Below are positions 57,764 to 64,000 of a stretch of DNA of 64,000 nt, in pieces. The stretch's first letter is position 1. Each line of letters starts with the position of its first letter. Origin of the DNA: Gemmatimonadota bacterium. Its GTDB lineage: Bacteria > Gemmatimonadota > Gemmatimonadetes > Palauibacterales > Palauibacteraceae. A program made the position numbers and the translations under genes. The stretch lies in NCBI GenBank assembly GCA_963666735.1, contig OY762926.1:2495319-2559318 (forward strand), read 5' to 3'. The notes below the pieces were generated by a model, which saw only the letters and a program-made list of their open reading frames with translations, was not told the origin of the DNA and did no database searches.

Positions 57764-60172
57764 GTGAGGCGTTTGTCGCGTCTTCGCTCGGCCGAGCTCG
57801 CGACTCTCGGACTTGTCACCGTCCTCGTTCCGGGCTGCGGGAGCGAGGAGACGGCTGGACCGCCACCCCCTTCGCCGGAACCCCCGCGACCGGCCTCCAT
57901 CTCGGTCACTCCGGCCACAGTCACGCTGACTGCCCTGCGAGACACAGTTTGGCTGGTGGTGGAGGTGCGCGACCAGCGCGGCCGTCCGTTGGAGGGCGCG
58001 GCGGTGGCTTGGGCGAGCGGCGATCCGGCGGTGGCGTCCGTCGAGGGTTCCGGGCTGGTGACGGCCGTGGGCAACGGGACCGCTTCGGTGTCGGCGACTT
58101 CCGGGGCGTTGTCGGCTATGGCGTCGCTGACCGTGACGCAGGAAGCGAGCCGGGTGGCGGTCACGCCAACGGCGGCCACGCTGGTCGCCGGCGACACGCT
58201 GCGACTGTCAGCGGAGGCGTTCGACGCGAACGGGCACGCGATGCCGGGAGCGGCGTTCGCGTGGAGCACAGACAACGCGGCGGTCGCGACCGTCGATTCC
58301 ACTGGTTTGGTGCGCGGGGTGGCCGAGGGGACGGCAATGATCGCGGCGTCGGCGGGGAGCGCGGAGGACACGGCCGATATCGTCGTGGAAACGGATCCCA
58401 ACCGTGCCGCCTTGGTGGCGCTCTACGAAGCGACCGACGGGCCGAACTGGGTGAAGAACGAGAACTGGCTCACCGATCGCCCGCTCAACGAATGGTACGG
58501 CGTTGCGACCGATGAACTGGGCCGAGTCGTTGGCTTGCACCTGGCGGACAACCGGCTGGCTGGCCCGATCCCGCAACTGCTTGGGCATCTCGAACACCTG
58601 ACTTATTTGGCCTTCTGGGACAACAAACTCACCGGCTCGATCCCCGTCGAAATGGGGAAACTCACTCGCTTGCAGTGGCTGTACATGCGCGGGAACAGAC
58701 TGGCGGGGCCTTTGCCGCCGGAGCTAGGAGGTCTCACCAATCTCATAGACATGCGCTTGGACGGGAACGTTCTCAGCGGTCCGATCCCGGCAGAGTTCGG
58801 CGAGCTCGCCAACCTGACGTTCCTTGACCTTGGCGGGAACGCTCTTTCGGGGTCCGTGCCGTCCGAGTTGGGCGACCTGACCGGCTTGGCGCAACTTCAT
58901 CTCGGCTGGAACGCCCTATCGGGCGCGATCCCATCGGAACTCGGAAACCTCGCCAGCTTGACACACCTGGTGCTCGCTTCGAACGACCTCTCGGGTCCGA
59001 TTCCCGAGAGTTTTCTGGAGCTCACCGCGCTTGAGACCTTCAACTTTCTTGGGAACCCGAACCTGTGCGCTCCGGGCACAACCGGTTTCGTGACTTGGCT
59101 GGAGGGCATGGGCGAGACGTCCGGGCCGTATTGCAACGCTTCGGACATGGGCGTGCTGGAGCGCCTGTACGAAACTGCGGGGGGATCGGATTGGACGAAT
59201 TCCAATGGTTGGATCGAGACGCCCGCGCTCGAAGAATGGTACGGCGTTTCGGCGAACTCGCTTGGACAAGTCGTGACGCTCGATCTTACGAGCAACAATC
59301 TCGTGGGTGATTTGCCGGCCGACCTGGGTGCGCTGACCGAGTTGACCGCAATGCGGATCGGCGGCAACGCGCTGTCCGGTCGGCTGCCGGTTTCCCTGGC
59401 CGGTCTCCCGCCCCTTGACGAGTTGCACTACGCCGATACCGGGCTGTGTATACCCGGCGAGCTTCGTTCGTGGCTCGGCGGCATTCCGTCGCACGAGGGT
59501 ACGGGCGGGGAGTGCGATCCCGTGACGGTCCGTGCGGTGTATGCGCTTCCTTCCGATCGGGAGTATCTCACCAGGTACCGCGACGGGATCAGCAACGCAC
59601 TGCGGCAACTACAAACGTGGTACGGGGAACAACTCGGAGGACCAACCTTCCGGCTCTACGATACGATCCCGGACCGTTGCGACATGCCCCGGGAGCACGA
59701 TTACTACCGGCACGGCGGGTGGCCGAGGGTATGGAACGAAGTGCTGGCCGCGGTTCAGCGATGCGCCGACGTGAAGTATAACTCCGCGGAGCATGTCTGG
59801 CTGGTGTTCGCGGACGTCGACGAACGTCCCGGAGAGTGCGACGATCCCGGTGTTGTGAAGGGGCTGGGACGAGGTGGCGGCGGGATCGCGATGGTGAGTT
59901 GGTGGGACTTGGAGGGGTTGAGCGATCCGAACTTCGAACTCTGTCCCTACGGCGTTCTAGGGATGGGAAAATGGATAGGCGGCGTCGGCCATGAACTAGG
60001 CCATGCCTTCGGGCTTCCGCACCCACTGGGCTGCGAGGAGCGCCGCGAGGACTGCGCTGAGGGGACCCGCAAGTGGGACGCGCTTATGTGGTACGGATTC
60101 CATTATTGGCCGGACACCTACCTACTGGAGCCCGAGAAGGAGTACCTGCGCACAACGCCAGCCTTCCGTTAG
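57764..60172 (+). CDS. Multidomain lipoprotein: 2x Big_2 Ig-like, two plant-type LRR modules each with LRRNT-like cap, C-terminal metzincin-like Zn-protease domain; GTG start 57764
   Basis: Lipobox LVPGCGS; 24-aa LxxLxLxxNxLSGxIPxxLGxL repeats; HELGHAFGLPH (HExxHxxGxxH). Confidence 0.65.
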   Translation: MRRLSRLRSAELATLGLVTVLVPGCGSEETAGPPPPSPEPPRPASISVTPATVTLTALRDTVWLVVEVRDQRGRPLEGAAVAWASGDPAVASVEGSGLVTAVGNGTASVSATSGALSAMASLTVTQEASRVAVTPTAATLVAGDTLRLSAEAFDANGHAMPGAAFAWSTDNAAVATVDSTGLVRGVAEGTAMIAASAGSAEDTADIVVETDPNRAALVALYEATDGPNWVKNENWLTDRPLNEWYGVATDELGRVVGLHLADNRLAGPIPQLLGHLEHLTYLAFWDNKLTGSIPVEMGKLTRLQWLYMRGNRLAGPLPPELGGLTNLIDMRLDGNVLSGPIPAEFGELANLTFLDLGGNALSGSVPSELGDLTGLAQLHLGWNALSGAIPSELGNLASLTHLVLASNDLSGPIPESFLELTALETFNFLGNPNLCAPGTTGFVTWLEGMGETSGPYCNASDMGVLERLYETAGGSDWTNSNGWIETPALEEWYGVSANSLGQVVTLDLTSNNLVGDLPADLGALTELTAMRIGGNALSGRLPVSLAGLPPLDELHYADTGLCIPGELRSWLGGIPSHEGTGGECDPVTVRAVYALPSDREYLTRYRDGISNALRQLQTWYGEQLGGPTFRLYDTIPDRCDMPREHDYYRHGGWPRVWNEVLAAVQRCADVKYNSAEHVWLVFADVDERPGECDDPGVVKGLGRGGGGIAMVSWWDLEGLSDPNFELCPYGVLGMGKWIGGVGHELGHAFGLPHPLGCEERREDCAEGTRKWDALMWYGFHYWPDTYLLEPEKEYLRTTPAFR

Positions 60173-60314
60173 TGCACGCAGAGGCCCGTCAACTTCGCTT
60201 GCCCGGTAACAGTCGTCGTGGCGAGACGTAATCCCTGACGCCGAGGCATGGATACCTCAGGATAAGGAATGACATCCACGCCCGCTGAAGGTCACGGGGG
60301 TACTGAACGAGTCG

Positions 60315-60677
60315 TTAGGGATCGCGGTGGACGGTGTAGGGGGAGAAGGCGGGGAGGCAGACAGCGACGTACTCGGCCCCGTCGGGGCCCGGCGTGCTGT
60401 AGCGGACCCATTCGCCCGCGCGGGTCACGACCGCCTGGCCGGCCTTCACGTCGATCACGCCGCCCTCGTGCTCGACGCGCAGGGTGCCCCGCAACACGAC
60501 GGTGATCTCCTCGAACTCGGGGCGCTGACCCGGTTCGACCCACCCGGACGGCGCCGTCATGCGCGCCACGCTGACACGGTCGTGCCCCGTCCGGACACGA
60601 CCGGCGTATTCCTCGATGCGCTTGGGCTGGTTCCCGGCCGCCTCGATGACGGCCGGGGCTTCGATCAATGTCGGCAT
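60315..60677 (-). CDS. Cupin-domain protein
   Basis: Small beta-barrel pattern ...ITVVLRGTLRVEHEGGVIDVKAGQAVV... Confidence 0.5.
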   Translation of the reverse strand: MPTLIEAPAVIEAAGNQPKRIEEYAGRVRTGHDRVSVARMTAPSGWVEPGQRPEFEEITVVLRGTLRVEHEGGVIDVKAGQAVVTRAGEWVRYSTPGPDGAEYVAVCLPAFSPYTVHRDP

Positions 60678-60713
60678 GTCCCGGACCCGGGCCGGGCGTT
60701 CTCCCCGTTGTTC

Positions 60714-62753
60714 CTACATCCCCGCGCCCGCGAGGGCCCGGACCGCGTCGGCCAGCATGCCGACCTTCGCGACGTCTCCGGCCCCGCCGGCGTCTCCGGA
60801 CACGTCGTCGGCCAGCGAACGCAGCGCGCCGGCGCGCCCCGAGCCCGACATCCCCTCGGCTGCGGCGAGTTCGGCCCGGATCGCGCCGATCCTGGCGGCG
60901 GAGAGCCCTCCGTGCCGCTCCAACTGGTCCAGGTAGGCCCTCGCGAGCGCGAACGTCGCGGGCCATTCGAAGATGGGCTGACCCTGGGAATTGAGGTGCG
61001 TGAGCTGGACGGAGTTGGCCGCATCGATCTCGTTCTGCGTGAGCGCCTCGCTCGGGACCAGTTCGAGGATGTCGAGGCCGCGCGCGATCTCCGAGTTCAC
61101 GATGACGCCGTTGTACCAGTAGACGGACCAGCTGCCGCCCATCTGCATGCGGTCGGGGTTCACCGGACCGCGGTCGAAGTAGGCGATTTCCGCCGGGTTC
61201 GCCGGATCGGTCCAGTCGATGAGCGAGACTCCCCCCTGGTACCAGCCCTGAATCATGATGTCGCGGCCGGGGACCGGGATCAGCGATCCGTTGTGGGCCA
61301 CGCAGTTCTCCTCGGGCGTCTGCGGCGCGGGCAGCTTGAAGTAGCTTCGGAATTCCATCTCCGTGCCCTCGATGGTGAAGATCGCGTTCGCGCCCCACTC
61401 CATCGGGTCCGAGGCCCGGCACTTCGGCGCGCCGCCGCCACCCCACTCGTCCGTGAACAGGATCGCGGTGCCGTCGTTGTTGAAGGTGGCCGAATGCCAG
61501 TAGGAGAAGTTGGAGTCGGACACGGCGGAGAGCCTGCGGGGATTCTCCGGATCGGAAATGTCGAGAAGCATGCCGTAGCCCTCGCACGCTCCACCGGCGA
61601 GGCCGATGGCCGGATACACGGTGATGTCGTGGCACTGCGTCGGGCCGGGCTCGGGGCCGTCCCCCTCCTCGCCCTGCTGTCCCGTCATCTGCGCCACGAT
61701 CGAAGGCAGCGCTTCCCGCAGCGTCGCGCTGTCGGCGGCGGTGGGCGCGCCTTCGCCGCCGCGCTGGGCCACGATCTGTCCGAGCATCTGCTGCGCGGCC
61801 TGCTCCGGCAGCACCATCTCCTGCCCCATCATCTCGATGATGAAGGCGCCGCGCTCGCGGGCCGCCTCGATCGCCGCAATGTCGTCGGGCGCCAGACCGT
61901 GCGTCGGGGGCGCCACCAGGTCCTCGAAGATGCGGGGCGAACTCACGACCGCGGCGCTCGCCGGATCCGCCAGCGGCACGCGGATCACTTCGATGCGGAA
62001 GAGGGCGGTGTTCGGGTCCTCATCCGGCGGCGCGCCCGAGCAACCCGCGAGTTCCTCCTCCGGGCGCACCGGCGCGGAGCCGGACACATAGATGTAGACG
62101 TTCTCCTCATCCCCGGGGTGTTCCAGCAGCGTGTGCGTGTGCGAACCGCGGCAGGTCTGGACGTTCGCGACGTATGCCGGCGCCGTGATGTCCGAGATGT
62201 CGAAAATGCGGATCCCGCGCAGCCGGTCGTGGCTCACGGCCTCCTCGACGCCCTGGTCACCGCAATCCAGCCGCCCGCCGAACCCCTCGCCTGAGACGAA
62301 CAGCAGGTTCTCGTACACGGAGACGTCGCTCTGGGAAGCGGGACAGACGTACGTGATGACGGTCTGCGGATTGGCGGGATCGGAGATGTCCCAGATCTGA
62401 ATCCCGTCGTAGTTCCCCTGGATCGCGTACGGGCCGGAGAAGGCGAGGTCGGAGTTCGTCTTGCCCACGAACGGGTCCGGCGGCGGCGTGGCGGACAGGA
62501 GGTCGAGGTTCCAGATCGCCTCGCCCGCGTCGAACATGCCGGAAGCGAGCCCGACGCGCGGGTCCGGCGTGGGCGGATCGACCTGCAGCCCCGTGGGCGC
62601 GGCGGCGGGGGCCGCGGGAGCGGTGGCCATGCCGGTCTGCGTCGACTGGTATGCACAGCCCGCGAAGCTTACCGCGGCGATCGCGCCGGCGAGCAGCGTC
62701 GCGAGGCGAGCGGTGAATCGCGTGTCGTCTCGTTCGTTCGTTACAGCGGACAT
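60714..62753 (-). CDS. LVIVD-repeat beta-propeller lipoprotein; start ATG 62753 with AAGGA SD
   Basis: Lipobox FAGCA; repeated G.IWDISDPANP / GIRIFDISD / LLDISDPENP / LIDWTDPANP. Confidence 0.6.
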   Translation of the reverse strand: MSAVTNERDDTRFTARLATLLAGAIAAVSFAGCAYQSTQTGMATAPAAPAAAPTGLQVDPPTPDPRVGLASGMFDAGEAIWNLDLLSATPPPDPFVGKTNSDLAFSGPYAIQGNYDGIQIWDISDPANPQTVITYVCPASQSDVSVYENLLFVSGEGFGGRLDCGDQGVEEAVSHDRLRGIRIFDISDITAPAYVANVQTCRGSHTHTLLEHPGDEENVYIYVSGSAPVRPEEELAGCSGAPPDEDPNTALFRIEVIRVPLADPASAAVVSSPRIFEDLVAPPTHGLAPDDIAAIEAARERGAFIIEMMGQEMVLPEQAAQQMLGQIVAQRGGEGAPTAADSATLREALPSIVAQMTGQQGEEGDGPEPGPTQCHDITVYPAIGLAGGACEGYGMLLDISDPENPRRLSAVSDSNFSYWHSATFNNDGTAILFTDEWGGGGAPKCRASDPMEWGANAIFTIEGTEMEFRSYFKLPAPQTPEENCVAHNGSLIPVPGRDIMIQGWYQGGVSLIDWTDPANPAEIAYFDRGPVNPDRMQMGGSWSVYWYNGVIVNSEIARGLDILELVPSEALTQNEIDAANSVQLTHLNSQGQPIFEWPATFALARAYLDQLERHGGLSAARIGAIRAELAAAEGMSGSGRAGALRSLADDVSGDAGGAGDVAKVGMLADAVRALAGAGM

Positions 62754-62786
62754 GTCGGATCCTTCGATTGGGGTGAGCTTCACGAA

Positions 62787-63445
62787 TCAGCCGCCCGTCT
62801 CCGGCGCGGCGAGCGCCTCGAGCATCAGCTCCATGCGGGCGATTTCCGTGGCCTGATCGACGTGGATGTCGGAGGCCAGCTTGAAGACGAAGTCATCCTG
62901 CGCGGCGCCGTCGGTCGCGAACAATTCCCGCACCATCGTGACGGCGCCCTTGTGGTGCCGGATCATGTATTCGAGGAAGAGCCGGTCGAAGTCGGCCCCG
63001 CGCGCGGCCTCGAGTTCCGCGAGTTGCTCCGGGGTCAGCATCCCGGCCATGAGCATGGCCCCGTCGCCGTGGCCCCGCATGTCTCCGGTCTCGGGCACGG
63101 GCAGCCCGCGGTCGGAGAGCCAGCGGCTCATGACGGCGATTTCATCGGTCTGCGCGTTGATGATCCTCGCACACAGCGTCCGGATCGAGGGACTCGCGTC
63201 GGCGTCCGGAGCGAAGCCCGCATGACCAGAGCCTGCGCGTGATGCGGGATCATGTGCGTCATGAAGCGGATGTCCGCCTCGTGCGCGCCCTCGAGGGCCG
63301 CTTCGGCGCGCGCCCGGTAGATCGCCTCGAGTTCGGCCACGCGCGCCGCGTTCGGGCGAGCCGGCGACTCGGATGGACGGCCGCCGGACCCCGCACTGGC
63401 ACACGCCTGTGCGACCGCCAGTAGGCCGAAGAGTGCAACGCGCAT
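62787..63445 (-). pseudogene. DUF305-family protein disrupted by a frameshift near 63195..63215 (N-part in one frame, C-part in another)
   Basis: N-terminal ...MIPHHAQALVM then frame change to ...GFAPDADASPSIRTLCARIINAQTDEIAVMSRWL...; both halves match DUF305 pattern (HH motifs). Confidence 0.55.
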
Positions 63446-63654
63446 GGCGCGCGTGGCGTGCGTTGTGTGGTGGGTCCTCATACTTCGCCGCGTGGTTACG
63501 TCCGTTACCGAGGGGTGTCCAGCTTGAAATCTGCCGAACAGGCATACCGAATCAGGCTTACGAATACAATCCTGAACGGTTTCGCAACCGGCTGCCGCGA
63601 GGGATCGGCAGCGGGGTGGCGGTCCGGCGAGGGCGGTGGCTGTGGCCCCGGCTA

Positions 63655-64000
63655 CGGGCCGAGATTGTAGCGGTAGAGCCTGACCTCTTCCTCGTCCAGG
63701 GCATCGCGCAGGAGGAGCACGAAGCGGTCGGCATCGACGGCCAGTACGCTCGCTTCCGCGGGAAGGTCGATCTGTCCGCTCAATTCCCCGTCGGGGCCGA
63801 TGACGAGCCAGCGTCGCATCTCCGCGCCGAAGCGCGTCGCGAGTCCGATCCAGACGATCTCATCGGGACCCAGGACGGCCGAATAGAAGGCCGGGTGTGT
63901 CTCGCGCCGGGAGGCATTCTCGACGAATTTCAGGTACCAGTCCGGGGCGTCCGGACCTCTGCGTTCGAGGCGATCCGCTCTCCATGTCCGGACTTCCTCG
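63655..64000 (-). CDS. 3' part of a beta-propeller paralog (C-terminus only; gene continues beyond window)
   Basis: Manual translation gives open frame ...WIGLATRFGAEMRRWLVIGPDGELSGQIDLPAEASVLAVDADRFVLLLRDALDEEEVRLYRYNLGP* resembling C-termini of 3707..4978 and 39568..40752. Confidence 0.35.

Noticed and set aside
60327-62294. 655-aa plus-strand ORF
   Set aside because: Antisense to the LVIVD-repeat lipoprotein; low-complexity R/G/A-rich
1-64000. Transposases, integrases, tRNA/rRNA genes
   Set aside because: Scanned intergenic regions and ORF translations; no DDE/tyrosine-recombinase motifs or tRNA-like conserved T-loop (GTTCGAATC-like) segments recognised

Overview
The window is high-GC (about 68-70%) bacterial chromosome with at least four lower-GC patches (about 45-60%) that carry accessory genes. 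The lineage is not determinable from the sequence alone.

Core metabolism present:
- A sarcosine-oxidase alpha subunit with a gamma-subunit-like tail in the same reading frame.
- A methionine cluster (metX, a short aspartokinase-like gene, metY, and a separate metB/metC-family gene) under two divergent SAM-I riboswitches.
- pckA, ppk2 and msrA.
- sorAB-like sulfite dehydrogenase.
- Two Na+/solute symporters, one paired with a DUF4212 small subunit.
- A GltP-type transporter.
- Several secreted hydrolases: two CocE/NonD, oligopeptidase B, two amidohydrolases, a carboxylesterase, a class-C-like serine hydrolase, a polysaccharide deacetylase and a P450.

Accessory content:
- A complete M-C-R restriction-modification unit in a low-GC island (about 7030-9300).
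- Four type II toxin-antitoxin pairs (three vapBC, one RelE/ParE + HTH) plus an orphan higA with a decayed higB stub.
- A vapBC-fic cassette followed by mosaic duplication scars.
- An orphan beta-class DNA methyltransferase followed by two translationally coupled genes of unrecognisable function and an XRE HTH gene (54526-57537). This is the best candidate for an undescribed defence-like or toxin-like module.
- A lipoprotein that combines Big_2 domains, plant-type LRRs and a metzincin protease.

Other notable points:
- A Prx-like redoxin whose catalytic Cys codon is an in-frame TGA (selenocysteine candidate).
- A frameshifted DUF305 gene.
- A TTGCAA-repeat regulatory region.
- In-frame 21-nt tandem repeats inside a DNA-binding protein gene.
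- No rRNA, tRNA, CRISPR array or transposase was recognised.
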